From positions 1,248,395 to 1,312,394 of the forward strand of contig CAXRHT010000002.1 of NCBI GenBank assembly GCA_964230645.1: a stretch of 64,000 nt of DNA. Direction: 5' to 3'. Shown here one piece after another: positions 17,545 to 27,459 of the stretch. The notes beneath the pieces were generated by a model. That model worked only from the letters and a program-made list of their open reading frames with translations. It did not search any database and was not told where the DNA came from. Made by a program: the position numbers and the translations under genes. The stretch comes from Bdellovibrionales bacterium (GTDB lineage: Bacteria > Bdellovibrionota > Bdellovibrionia > Bdellovibrionales > JAGQZY01). Positions within the stretch are counted from its first letter, which is position 1. Each line of letters begins with the position of its first letter.

Positions 17545-18498
17545 TTAAACCTCTTCTTTTTTGTATAACACAAAAACAAGGCCACCGAATAGTCCCACCA
17601 CAAACTGCACGGCCTGATAAAAGGTAATTAAAAGCACACCAAATTCACCGTTACCAGCCACTTCTTTAAATAAGTAATAGAAGGCCGCCTGCCCCACACC
17701 AATCCCAGCAGGCGAAATAGGTAAAATGGTCGCAAGGAAACCAAAAGGGAAAATAATAAGGATTTCCCACCAGGGGATGTCGACTCCAAGAAAGAGGCCG
17801 AGAAAAATCCCAATTCCAATCACAACACCTTGGCCGATGAGGCTCAATAAAAAGGGAACGACCACTTTCTTTGGTCGTTGGAAGAAAAAGAAGAGAGGGA
17901 GTAGGACCTTCTCCACAAAAGGGTGAGACTTTAGAAGGCCTTCAATTTTCTTTTTAGGACTAAGAAGCAGAAACAGGATAAGGACCACAAACCCAACCAG
18001 AATGAGCGAACTCATGGTAAAGACGCCCATTTGCAGCTTCTCGGGCAAATCTTGGTAGAAGAACAAACCCGCAATACCTGAATACAGCATAAGAGCGAGG
18101 AGTCCAAAAATGCGATCCACCAAGGTGGACCAACCAATGAACCATTTTTTTGCTTTTACGTCTCCCATGAGAAAACCGGCCTTCACCACATCTCCTCCGA
18201 CTCCTCCAGGCATAAAGAAGTTAAAGAAAATCCCAATCAGGGAAAGTTTGTAAATTTTGGAGAAAGTCACAGGGATCGATTCAAAGGAAAGAAGGATTTG
18301 CCATCTTTTAGAGTTCACGGCCAGAACTCCAAAAAATAACAAAACCCCGACAATCCAAATCCATGGGGAGCTGATCTTCTTTAATTCATTGAGGTCGAAA
18401 CGCCCGGATTGGACCAACCAGTAGATGAGAGCTCCAGCCAGGGATATCTTAAATAAGGGTGTCAGCCATTGCCTCCACCGACTTTCCTTGCTAACCAT
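17545..18498 (-). CDS. Integral membrane protein, UPF0104 / lysyl-PG-synthase-TM (flippase-like) family
   Basis: About 8 TM helices with an FFMPGGVGGDVVKA motif. Start set to ATG 18498 because the 18618 start would overlap ugd. Confidence 0.7.
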   Translation of the reverse strand: MVSKESRWRQWLTPLFKISLAGALIYWLVQSGRFDLNELKKISSPWIWIVGVLLFFGVLAVNSKRWQILLSFESIPVTFSKIYKLSLIGIFFNFFMPGGVGGDVVKAGFLMGDVKAKKWFIGWSTLVDRIFGLLALMLYSGIAGLFFYQDLPEKLQMGVFTMSSLILVGFVVLILFLLLSPKKKIEGLLKSHPFVEKVLLPLFFFFQRPKKVVVPFLLSLIGQGVVIGIGIFLGLFLGVDIPWWEILIIFPFGFLATILPISPAGIGVGQAAFYYLFKEVAGNGEFGVLLITFYQAVQFVVGLFGGLVFVLYKKEEV

Positions 18499-18546
18499 AA
18501 ACCTTGTATCTAAGCTTTTTAAAGGACTCTTGCCAAGGTAAAGATT

Positions 18547-19851
18547 ATGGAAATTGCTGTAGTAGGAACAGGTTACGTGGGACTCGTTGCTGGCGTCTGT
18601 TTTGCTGACGTGGGTCATAAAGTGACATGTGTTGATAACAACTCGGAGAAAATTAATGCCTTAAAGGACGGCAAAATCCCTATTTTTGAGCCAGGCCTTG
18701 AAGACATTCTCAAATCAGCAAAAAGTCGAATACAGTTCACTACAAATTTGAGCGAGGGGATTGAAAAAGCGGAGGTCGTATTTATCGCCGTGGGAACGCC
18801 TGAGACAGAAGATGGAAGTGCGGACCTTGGCCCGACCTTCTCTGTGCTTGAGGGTATTTGTGAAGCCGCTCAAAGTGAAAAAATAGTGGTGTTAAAAAGC
18901 ACGGTTCCCGTGGGAACCAATAAAAAAGTTCGCGACTTTATCAAAGAAAAAAGCACTTACGCTCACGAGGTGGTCAATAATCCTGAGTTCTTGAAAGAAG
19001 GGGCGGCGATTGATGACTTTCTTCGTCCCGACCGTGTCGTTATTGGTTGTGGCTCTGAGAAAGCGAAAAAAGTGATGGGAAAACTCTACGCACCTTTCGT
19101 GCGAAACGGGCACCCTATTTTATACATGTCCAACACGGCCGCCGAACTCACCAAGTATGCCGCTAACTCTTTCCTTTCCGTAAAGATCAGTTTTGCCAAT
19201 GAGCTGGCGGCCCTGGCTGACCAAGTGGGTGCAGATATCGACGAAGTTCGTGCGGGTTTCACCTCAGACAACAGAATTAACCCGGCCTTTTTCTACCCGG
19301 GCTCTGGTTACGGCGGAAGTTGCTTTCCTAAAGACGTGCAAGCTCTGATTCATACGGCTGAGGAAAACAATACAACCATGAGTATTGTCAAAGCCGCTGA
19401 CAAAGTAAACGATCAACAAAAAACCGTCTTGGTTGAAAAGGTTATGAAGAAGTTTGGAGACGTCAAAGGAAAAACTTTTGCTCTTTGGGGCCTTTCTTTT
19501 AAACCAAGAACAGACGATGTGCGAGAAGCTCCTGCAGGGTACATCATTAAAAGTTTAACAGAAAAAGGGGCGAAGATTGTGGCCTACGATCCCATTGCCA
19601 TGGAGTCTGCCAAAAAGAATTTTGAGGGCGAGTTCGAACTCGCCGAATCGGCTAATGAGGCTTGTAAAGATGCTGATGCTCTCTTAATTGTGACTGAGTG
19701 GAATGAATTCCGGAATCCTGATTTTGAGGGACTTAAAAAAACGTTAAAAGACAAAGTCATTTTTGACGGACGCAATGCTCTCAATCCAAAAGATGTTAAA
19801 AAGCACGGCTTTGAATACTACTGTGTGGGCCGTCAATCTCTATTCACTTAA
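18547..19851 (+). CDS. ugd: UDP-glucose 6-dehydrogenase
   Basis: N-terminal GTGYVG Rossmann motif and catalytic GGSCFPKD. Confidence 0.92.
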   Translation: MEIAVVGTGYVGLVAGVCFADVGHKVTCVDNNSEKINALKDGKIPIFEPGLEDILKSAKSRIQFTTNLSEGIEKAEVVFIAVGTPETEDGSADLGPTFSVLEGICEAAQSEKIVVLKSTVPVGTNKKVRDFIKEKSTYAHEVVNNPEFLKEGAAIDDFLRPDRVVIGCGSEKAKKVMGKLYAPFVRNGHPILYMSNTAAELTKYAANSFLSVKISFANELAALADQVGADIDEVRAGFTSDNRINPAFFYPGSGYGGSCFPKDVQALIHTAEENNTTMSIVKAADKVNDQQKTVLVEKVMKKFGDVKGKTFALWGLSFKPRTDDVREAPAGYIIKSLTEKGAKIVAYDPIAMESAKKNFEGEFELAESANEACKDADALLIVTEWNEFRNPDFEGLKKTLKDKVIFDGRNALNPKDVKKHGFEYYCVGRQSLFT

Positions 19852-19862
19852 GGTTTTAAACG

Positions 19863-20783
19863 ATGAAAGTTCTTGTTGCCGGCGGCGCCGGTTTTATTGG
19901 TAGTCATCTGGTCGACGCTCTTCTTAAAGAGGGCCACCAAGTCGATATTCTCGACAACTTTGTAACTGGGCGAAGAGAAAACATTGCTCACCTCTCTGAT
20001 GTCGAAGTGATTGAAATGGATATCTCAGAAAGAGTGCCTGATAAAAAATACGACCGCATTTACAATCTAGCCTCGCCCGCCTCACCTGTGGACTTTGCAA
20101 AAATTCCCTTAGAAATTTTATTAGTGGGCTCCTATGGTCATAAAAACCTTTTGGACTTAGCGGAAAAAACAGGAGCTCGTATTTTATTTGCAAGCACCAG
20201 CGAAGTTTATGGTGACCCTCAAATCAACCCACAACATGAAGACTACTTTGGCAACGTCAACTGTCGAGGGGCAAGAGCCTGTTATGATGAGGCGAAAAGG
20301 TTTGGTGAGGCCCTTACAGTCAACTATCAGAACCACAAGAATGTGGACACTCGCACCATCCGAATCTTTAATACCTATGGTCCCCGCATGGCGCCCAAAG
20401 ATGGCCGCGTCATACCCAATTTTTTCACCCAGGCTTTAAAAAATAACCCCCTCACTGTTTACGGTGACGGTAGCCAAACCAGAAGCCTTTGCTACGTGAG
20501 CGATATGGTTGCGGGCTTTATAACTTTAATGGAAAGTGATGAGACACGTCCTGTAAACATTGGTAACTCGGTTGAGCGAACTATCTTAGAGATTGGTGAA
20601 ATGATTAACGATCTTACAGGCAATGAAGCCGGCTTTACCTACAAAGAGCTTCCCGAAAATGACCCAAAATTAAGACGTCCTGATACCACTCGGGCCAAAG
20701 AGGTACTAAGTTGGGAAGCCAAAGTCAGCGCGGATGAGGGCTTAGCAAAAACACTGGAATATTTTAAAGGGCTTGAAGCCTAA
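19863..20783 (+). CDS. UDP-glucuronate decarboxylase (UDP-xylose synthase-like SDR)
   Basis: GGAGFIGSHL, STSEVYG and YDEAKR catalytic motif. Lies directly downstream of ugd. Confidence 0.88.
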   Translation: MKVLVAGGAGFIGSHLVDALLKEGHQVDILDNFVTGRRENIAHLSDVEVIEMDISERVPDKKYDRIYNLASPASPVDFAKIPLEILLVGSYGHKNLLDLAEKTGARILFASTSEVYGDPQINPQHEDYFGNVNCRGARACYDEAKRFGEALTVNYQNHKNVDTRTIRIFNTYGPRMAPKDGRVIPNFFTQALKNNPLTVYGDGSQTRSLCYVSDMVAGFITLMESDETRPVNIGNSVERTILEIGEMINDLTGNEAGFTYKELPENDPKLRRPDTTRAKEVLSWEAKVSADEGLAKTLEYFKGLEA

Positions 20784-20789
20784 TCCACT

Positions 20790-21755
20790 TTATTCCGACA
20801 GAGAGCGAATTTGTTTCAAACACTGAGTGAAGCACTCTTGGAAGGCGGCGTGAAGAACGCGGCCATCGATCGCGACTAAGCCTCTTAACTCATCAGGACT
20901 TCTTTCAAAATCTGGAGCCTGTTTAAACCAACTATCGTTGTGCCAACGACAAAAACTGGTGGATTCGAAATCTTGATGCTCTCCGGGGTATTTCTTTTTG
21001 GTCTGTAGAGAGTTGTGAAGAAGATCCACGAAAGCTGAGCCATCGGCATCATTGATTACGACCACACTACGATCATAAATTCTCTTTTGCATATTCTTGG
21101 GAAACCAAGGAGTGGCTCCTGAGGGTAAAGTGTTTTCAAATTCAGTGATCTCCTTTTGATAAAGAGAGCTTTTCCGATCAATAGCTTGAATCACCTTCTT
21201 AAAGTCTCTTTGAAAATTCCACGGGATTTGTTCAACAGACAAAGTGGGAAGAGAAACCTTTTCACCAGTGAAGACCAGAGCATGACCGGGGTCCAATGAA
21301 GCGATAATAATGTCGTATTCTGAGAGATTTTTTACAAAGGCTCGTCGAGTATGGAAAAGATGATGGGCCACATGAATCCGATACATTTTTGAAGAGGCAA
21401 TTTTCTTAAGAGTTTCAATATGATCAAAGAGTTCGCCGGTGAGTGCATCATCGAGATCGTGAACGTAAGCTAAGCAGGCCTTCTCTTCCTTTTTCATGTC
21501 GTCTTCAAATTGGTCTTTGAATCGGACACCAAGCTTTGCCATTTCTAATTCTATCTTACGCAAATGATTGCCTAAGCCCATTTCTTTTACGATTTTTCTT
21601 TTGTGACTGTATTTTAAATGAAGCCCAAGACAAATCTCATAGAGGGCGAAGTTCAATCCAGGATAAAGGTAAACCTTGGACTGACACTCCAATTTTTCTT
21701 TGATTCCTTGATTAATCTTATTCCAGTCATGGGAGACCTGAGCATCGATTCGCAT
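20790..21755 (-). CDS. Hypothetical cytoplasmic protein
   Basis: Long ORF without a signal peptide. No motif that I can assign. Confidence 0.6.
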   Translation of the reverse strand: MRIDAQVSHDWNKINQGIKEKLECQSKVYLYPGLNFALYEICLGLHLKYSHKRKIVKEMGLGNHLRKIELEMAKLGVRFKDQFEDDMKKEEKACLAYVHDLDDALTGELFDHIETLKKIASSKMYRIHVAHHLFHTRRAFVKNLSEYDIIIASLDPGHALVFTGEKVSLPTLSVEQIPWNFQRDFKKVIQAIDRKSSLYQKEITEFENTLPSGATPWFPKNMQKRIYDRSVVVINDADGSAFVDLLHNSLQTKKKYPGEHQDFESTSFCRWHNDSWFKQAPDFERSPDELRGLVAIDGRVLHAAFQECFTQCLKQIRSLSE

Positions 21756-21818
21756 TCTCTCATGTTAACGTAAGAAACTTGCAGAGATCAAACCCTTTCA
21801 GATCTCTGACAAACTTCC

Positions 21819-22898
21819 TTAAAACGGGTGAGCCGCCTCATCAAGGCTCTTCCAGGTCATCTCAATTTTATCATCTAGAGAGTAGAGGAAACATTCCCTG
21901 TTGACGGTTGTGGGAAGCTTCTCTGTGCAGTCATTGATCGTGTTATTTATCTGAGCTTGAGTTAAAGGACTGTCAGAGGTTTTTATCGAATAGTAGCCGT
22001 ATTTATCAAAAGCTATGGCCACATGTTTTCCCTCTTGGATATCCTGATAGGCTTTTACAAAAGGGGCCATTTTACTTTTATCAACAAAAGGCACTGTATC
22101 TGGATGAAAAACAGAAGGGCTGTATAGCACTTGATTGGGTTGATACTGAGGATTGCCGGGATCAAAAATTAAAGCGCCCGCTTCTGCGTATACGGCACAG
22201 CCTTCATTTCTTAGTGTTTCACAAAAAACAAGGGCTCTTCTTGTGGCATCCGCCTGAGAGTGCTCACTATAACCAATGGCCGTATTACCATAAGGGCCAA
22301 TAGCATAGGCTTTAAAGCGACCCGCTTCTATCGGGAAATAGGTGTCGTTGGCATAATTACGCCAGTGAAAAATAAGACCTGGAATTTTCAATGGATCAAA
22401 ACCATTGGGACTTTCAATTACATTATTAAAATTAACTAGAAAATCATCCTTACTTTGAGCAAAAACATCGCCCGATACAAGAAGCGAGCAAGGCTTATTG
22501 CCATTAGAAAGTTGGCACCTTTCTAATATCACCTGATTGAACTCTTCTTGACCCGAAATAAGGTCATTGCTCGACCACTCGACCATACCGCCACCCTCTC
22601 TGGTAAGAGCTATGGCCTTAAAGCCTGTGGCACTGCTATAGGCTTTAATTTTATTGAGAACAGTTGCATCGGTAAGGGCAAAGGGTATTTTGTTAGCGTC
22701 AAATGTCTCCCCTTTTTGAAAATTCACCGGAAGCTCACTTGGTCCCTCGCCATCAGTAGTATCACTGAGATCGGTAGAGTCACCACTGGAGCCTCCTGAG
22801 GCTTCTTGTGCCTTCTGAAGAGAGTTGCCACAGTTCTGAAAACCGATAGACAAAAACAAAAGTGCCAACACTATGACAAAGGCTTTACTAAATTTCAT
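21819..22898 (-). CDS. Lipoprotein with three two-cysteine (DUF4189-like) domains
   Basis: Lipobox LSIGFQNC. Three segments share the pattern strand-G...S...A...AL..C(x6-11)C (ERCQLSNGNKPC, VFCETLRNEGC, NDCTEKLPTTVNREC). GGGGGA RBS. Confidence 0.75.
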   Translation of the reverse strand: MKFSKAFVIVLALLFLSIGFQNCGNSLQKAQEASGGSSGDSTDLSDTTDGEGPSELPVNFQKGETFDANKIPFALTDATVLNKIKAYSSATGFKAIALTREGGGMVEWSSNDLISGQEEFNQVILERCQLSNGNKPCSLLVSGDVFAQSKDDFLVNFNNVIESPNGFDPLKIPGLIFHWRNYANDTYFPIEAGRFKAYAIGPYGNTAIGYSEHSQADATRRALVFCETLRNEGCAVYAEAGALIFDPGNPQYQPNQVLYSPSVFHPDTVPFVDKSKMAPFVKAYQDIQEGKHVAIAFDKYGYYSIKTSDSPLTQAQINNTINDCTEKLPTTVNRECFLYSLDDKIEMTWKSLDEAAHPF

Positions 22899-23042
22899 GA
22901 TTTCCCCCGAAACTTGATAGCCTCTAGTTTAGGAGATCTTTAATGAAAAAGAAAAATATTAAGAGACGATTCTCGCGATGAGAATTAAAATACACTCGTC
23001 CTTTCAGTAGGATATGTATTTAAAAGCAACTGAATGAATGTG

Positions 23043-23075
23043 AAAATAAAAAACCAGCTCGCAAGTGGAGCTGGT
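23043..23075 (-). terminator. Rho-independent terminator after 23107..23619
   Basis: ACCAGCTC-7 nt-GAGCTGGT. The minus strand then reads TTTTTTATTTT. Confidence 0.75.
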
Positions 23076-23106
23076 CTTAAAATGTTTTTGATTGGTACTC
23101 TCGAAA

Positions 23107-23619
23107 CTACTCTTTTTTGCCCGTGACTTGAAAATGAATTCCAATGTTTTCACTTCCGCAAGCCATTTGTGAGTTTGAAAAAGGAACGTAAACGGCCACT
23201 CTTCCATGCAGGTATTTATAGTCGTTCATCTCAAAAGTTTGATCCATTAGCTCTTTTCCAGAGGCACAGCTATCGGCTGGATAAACGCGAGACTCTACCA
23301 ATTCAACAGTCCAAGCGTCGTTGTCAGCAAAAAGAATGGAGGAGTAGTTACAAGTCACCCCATTTTCTTGGTACTGGGCTCTAATGGTCACGTTATCAAG
23401 GCTGTAGTCAGCTCCGATATGAGTGAACTCCACTCCATAGTCCATGAGTTCCGCCGGAGCTTCAGCGGCTTCTGTGTTACCGTCATCACAAACATATCCT
23501 GTCCACTTTCCAACCCAACGCTCGCCCTCTAATACAAGGTCGGTTTGAGCCTGAGCATTTGCATTATTAAAGGCCAGTGCAATCAAAGCTATAAGACTTA
23601 ATCGTTTAAAATTCTGCAT
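23107..23619 (-). CDS. Secreted hypothetical protein
   Basis: Signal peptide MQNFKRLSLIALIALAFNNANA, GGGAGA RBS, 6 Cys. Confidence 0.75.
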   Translation of the reverse strand: MQNFKRLSLIALIALAFNNANAQAQTDLVLEGERWVGKWTGYVCDDGNTEAAEAPAELMDYGVEFTHIGADYSLDNVTIRAQYQENGVTCNYSSILFADNDAWTVELVESRVYPADSCASGKELMDQTFEMNDYKYLHGRVAVYVPFSNSQMACGSENIGIHFQVTGKKE

Positions 23620-23890
23620 TATTATCTCCCATCTTTTCTGTTAGTGCTCTATCCCTATTCACAGGACTCGGAAGGGTCAAGAAATCAGGCTATAAGGGCC
23701 TTTCTTTTTGCTTAGTAAAAACAAATTGAACATTAGCTGAGAAGGCAGCCTCCCTAGATGACTATGAAACCAGGAGAATCCAGCCCAAATCACGACCTCT
23801 CTGGGGCCTGGTACCACCAATGGCCAAAATATTATGTTTCATTGCGGGGTTTCGCTTGGATCAAGGCTCTGTTCCATTTAAAATCAGGGA

Positions 23891-24406
23891 ATGGACAGAC
23901 GAACCCTACGAGTTCTCATATTCACAATACTATTTCCTCTGCTGGCCTCCGGGATCGCATCCTGTGCTGCAAGTGATGAGGAGGTGGATGGCAGTCTCTT
24001 TTGCAATATTAATCAGACAGAAACCTACCAGATCGGAACAAGCCCGGCTGTTGACTTTAATGTGACCAATTTGCAAATGGCCACAAGCTTTAATCAAGCC
24101 AACTGCCCGGATATAAATACTGATAGCTTTTCCACCTTTGTAAGTCGAGTAAAGCGAACCGGTGACATTCTAACGGTTTTTGACAATCAATACCAAGGCA
24201 ACCAGATGGAGCTTACTTTTAACATTTCTGGTACGGAACTCGACTCCATTCGCAATGTCTTCACTATCAATAACTGTTCTATCGTAAGAACTTGGACCGG
24301 TGAAATATCTCCAGGAACCAACGAAGTCATATTGAACGAGAACATTGATTACAAAGGCCTATGCAATCATGTTTTTATTCTTCCTATCGAACGTCCCGAC
24401 AACTGA
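23891..24406 (+). CDS. Putative lipoprotein, unknown function
   Basis: N-terminus ...LFPLLASGIASC is lipobox-like. Confidence 0.6.
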   Translation: MDRRTLRVLIFTILFPLLASGIASCAASDEEVDGSLFCNINQTETYQIGTSPAVDFNVTNLQMATSFNQANCPDINTDSFSTFVSRVKRTGDILTVFDNQYQGNQMELTFNISGTELDSIRNVFTINNCSIVRTWTGEISPGTNEVILNENIDYKGLCNHVFILPIERPDN

Positions 24407-24549
24407 TCCTCGTCCTCAATGGAGAATTTAATTTCTCAAAACGAGACGTCTAAAAAGTGGACAAGGTTTTGATCAGTTTTCAGTCTCGTGTCTCTTTTCA
24501 ACCAGTTAGCCTTTAGAAATGCTGGTACGGCAGTTGCATTTTTTGTCAT

Positions 24550-26355
24550 GTGGGTGGTGAAAGCGGGGATCGCCAAGTGAAGAGCCATATCTTTTTCACC
24601 AAAGTTTGTAGGATTTTATTCATTCTATTTTTTCAAACCATTCTTTTTCAAGGCTGTAGTGAGCCGGAGTCATTTAGTGAACTCGCCTCCGGCCCCTCTC
24701 TGAGTGAATTTAGCAAAACTATAAGTGCTGTTGAAGGTGATAACGTCGACCTTAGTATTCCTGATGACACTATGGAAACTCTTGGCTTCAAAGAGGGAGA
24801 CGAATTAGCTGTGAAATGGATTTACATCGGGGATGACGAGGTAGAAACAGAAATTCCTCATAAGGATTTAACCCTGACATTGCCTACGGTAAAACTCACT
24901 GACTCTGGAAGTTATGCTGTCACGGTGGAGGCTGAAGACAAAACTCTTATCTTTCTTTTTAGTCTTTTCGTTCAAGAAAAAAATGTCACTCCCGAGCCTC
25001 CTCAGCCCAACCCTAGTCTTGAAACCTACGAGGGCTTTTTCATAGAAGACGGAAAAAAGAGACTTTTTATTCGCACGGAAAATATTACTAAAGAAGAGGC
25101 CTTGGCTAATTGTAAGAAAAATGCCCAGAGCAATCCTACTCGTAGTATTGTTTGCGAATGGAACGGCGATGAAATTTTTGAACGAATTGTTACTCCAAAG
25201 CCAAAAACGCCTCGCGGTGTTTATAGAGGTTACTTTCTTATCGGTGCTAAAAAGCATATGTTCATTCAAACCAAGAACATCACTAAAAACCAAGCTCTTA
25301 GCAATTGTAAAATCAATGCTAAAAACAACCCCTCAAGAAGCATTCTTTGTACTTGGAGAAACCAAGAGATCCTGAAACGAATCGTAAAGCCTAAGCCTCA
25401 ACCAGTGCGTGGTCTTTACCGAGGATTCTTTTTAAACGGCTCGAAGAGGCATATGTTCATCCAAACTAAGAACATCACTAAAAACCAGGCTCTTAGCAAT
25501 TGTAAAACTAATGCAAAGAACAATCCTGCTAAAAGCATTCTTTGTACTTGGAGAAATCAAGAGATCTTAAAACGAATCGTAAAGCCTAAGCCACAGCCTG
25601 TCCGTGGACTCTACCAGGGATTCTTTTTAAATGGCTCTAAGAGACATATGTTCATTCAAACCAAGAACATCACCAAAAACCAAGCTCTTAGCAATTGTAA
25701 AATCAATGCTAAAAACAACCCATCAAGAAGCATTCTTTGTACTTGGAGAAACCAAGAGATCCTGAAACGAATCGTAAAGCCTAAGCCTCAACCAGTGCGT
25801 GGTCTTTACCGAGGATTCTTTTTAAACGGTTCCAAGAGACATATGTTCATTCAAACCAAGAACATCACTAAAAACCAAGCTCTTAGCAATTGTAAAACTA
25901 ATGCAAAGAACAATCCTACTAAAAGCATTCTTTGTACTTGGAGAAACCAAGAGATCCTGAAACGAATCGTAAAGCCTAAACCACAACCTGTTCTTGGTCT
26001 TTACCGAGGATTCTTTTTAAACGGTTCCAAGAGACATATGTTCATTCAAACCAAGAACATCACTAAAAACCAAGCTCTTAGTAATTGTAAAACCAATGCG
26101 AAGAACAATCCTACTAAAAGCATTCTTTGCACCTGGAAGAGCCAACTAATTTTTAAGAGAGTGGTAAAAACTCCGAAGCTTGGAACTTATCGCGGTTATT
26201 TTTTAAATGGATCTTCCAAGCGTGTCTTTATTGTGACTAAAAATATTAGTCGTGAAAACGCTTTGGCAAACTGCAAGATCAATGCACGCAACAACCCGAG
26301 CAAAGGTATCATGTGCACCTTTAATGGATCCTATATTTATCGTCGCAATCCATAA
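24550..26355 (+). CDS. Lipoprotein with Ig-like N-terminal domain and seven tandem 65-aa two-Cys repeats
   Basis: Lipobox ILFQGC (a GTG at 24577 is an alternative start). LTLPTVKLTDSGSYAVTVEA is an Ig I-set-like strand motif. It is followed by repeats of YRGFFLNGSKRHMFIQTKNITKNQALSNCKTNAKNNPTKSILCTWRNQEILKRIVKPKPQPVRGL. Confidence 0.85.
   Translation: MGGESGDRQVKSHIFFTKVCRILFILFFQTILFQGCSEPESFSELASGPSLSEFSKTISAVEGDNVDLSIPDDTMETLGFKEGDELAVKWIYIGDDEVETEIPHKDLTLTLPTVKLTDSGSYAVTVEAEDKTLIFLFSLFVQEKNVTPEPPQPNPSLETYEGFFIEDGKKRLFIRTENITKEEALANCKKNAQSNPTRSIVCEWNGDEIFERIVTPKPKTPRGVYRGYFLIGAKKHMFIQTKNITKNQALSNCKINAKNNPSRSILCTWRNQEILKRIVKPKPQPVRGLYRGFFLNGSKRHMFIQTKNITKNQALSNCKTNAKNNPAKSILCTWRNQEILKRIVKPKPQPVRGLYQGFFLNGSKRHMFIQTKNITKNQALSNCKINAKNNPSRSILCTWRNQEILKRIVKPKPQPVRGLYRGFFLNGSKRHMFIQTKNITKNQALSNCKTNAKNNPTKSILCTWRNQEILKRIVKPKPQPVLGLYRGFFLNGSKRHMFIQTKNITKNQALSNCKTNAKNNPTKSILCTWKSQLIFKRVVKTPKLGTYRGYFLNGSSKRVFIVTKNISRENALANCKINARNNPSKGIMCTFNGSYIYRRNP
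25027..26352 (+). repeat. Tandem 195-bp coding repeat, 7 units (5 near-identical, 2 diverged terminal units)
   Basis: Units start at residues 160, 225, 290, 355, 420, 485 and 547. Alternate units are most alike (KINAKNNPSRS versus KTNAKNNP(A/T)KS), giving a 390-bp higher-order period. Confidence 0.9.
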
Positions 26356-26542
26356 ACCGACCCTGATGAGGAGCCTAGCCAGGCTCCTTTAACGCCCATA
26401 AAGCACTAAAACAACTGTACTAATTCTATCAAACCTCTATATTTTCGAGTTCTCCTGCTGAATCCTGACGCAGCTTTTATTTTCTTGATAACCAGCGTCA
26501 AGAGGAATAGCTATAAGCAAATTTTACCAATGGAGAACTGAT

Positions 26543-27400
26543 ATGAAAAAAATACTTTTCATTTTAACAACTGTATTAACAAGCTCCTTGGCCTTTGCCG
26601 GTCCAAGTATCAAACAAATTAATAAATCCAGTGACCAGATTGCGGTTCAAAAAACAAATGAAACCACTATTGGTTCTCAATGGGTGGTCTCAGAGAAATC
26701 CGGAAGTCAGTGTTTATTTGAGGTCGTGCAAGCCAATTCTCAATCGGCCGTTCTAGAAACATCCGACTGCGATCTTGCGCAAATTCGAGTCGGCCAAAAA
26801 ATTGAAAAAAGTCTTTTCTCAAGTGCCGACAATCAAAACACAACATCTGGAAAAGCTCCTATTTGGATGAAAAAACTGGATGGATTTTCACTCATTGGAT
26901 TCTATAGCTTTTCTGATGAATTAAAATACAAAGCCAACAGCCAAGATTACACAGGTGCTGCTGAAACCTCTTTTGGTTTTGGTGCTGAGTACAAATACAG
27001 CCTCGTCCGTCCCACAGGTGGGCTTCCCCTGTCTTTAATTGGTGGTCTTACTTATGAGCTCTCAAGAGAGCAAAAATCGGAAACCGTTAATAACCAAACC
27101 CAAAACTTTCAAGGTACAAAGCCGAACTTTTCTCTTTGGCTAGCCTACCTTAACGGTCAATACGATGTGAATGAGTGGTTTGGAGCTTTCTTTGGTTTTA
27201 ACTACTCTTTTCCTGTTGAGTCTGACTACGGCAACATTAACCTTAAGTCCGATCTTGGCTATCAGCTAGGAGCCAGCTTTAGCCTCAGTAACAATTTCGC
27301 TGTCGATGGCCTTTACCGTTGGGTCAACATTAAAGCAAATAACGGCATCACGGATGTAAGCCTTGATGGGCTCACCATCCGCGGACGATACATTTTCTAA
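26543..27400 (+). CDS. Outer-membrane beta-barrel protein
   Basis: Signal peptide ...SSLAFA. Alternating beta-strand pattern. C-terminus is ...LTIRGRYIF with a terminal Phe. Confidence 0.8.
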   Translation: MKKILFILTTVLTSSLAFAGPSIKQINKSSDQIAVQKTNETTIGSQWVVSEKSGSQCLFEVVQANSQSAVLETSDCDLAQIRVGQKIEKSLFSSADNQNTTSGKAPIWMKKLDGFSLIGFYSFSDELKYKANSQDYTGAAETSFGFGAEYKYSLVRPTGGLPLSLIGGLTYELSREQKSETVNNQTQNFQGTKPNFSLWLAYLNGQYDVNEWFGAFFGFNYSFPVESDYGNINLKSDLGYQLGASFSLSNNFAVDGLYRWVNIKANNGITDVSLDGLTIRGRYIF

Positions 27401-27417
27401 AATAAAAGTAATTATTA

Positions 27418-27446
27418 GAAGCCACTCTCTTGAGTGGCTTTTTTTT
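27418..27446 (+). terminator. Rho-independent terminator
   Basis: GCCACTC-tctt-GAGTGGC followed by T8. Confidence 0.85.
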
Positions 27447-27459
27447 GGAGGAATTTCTT

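Noticed and set aside
22940-22990. 14-codon mini-ORF (MKKKNIKRDSRDEN) after a GGAG-like site
   Set aside because: It is too short, with no conservation signal I can assess. It lies in the promoter region of 21819..22898.
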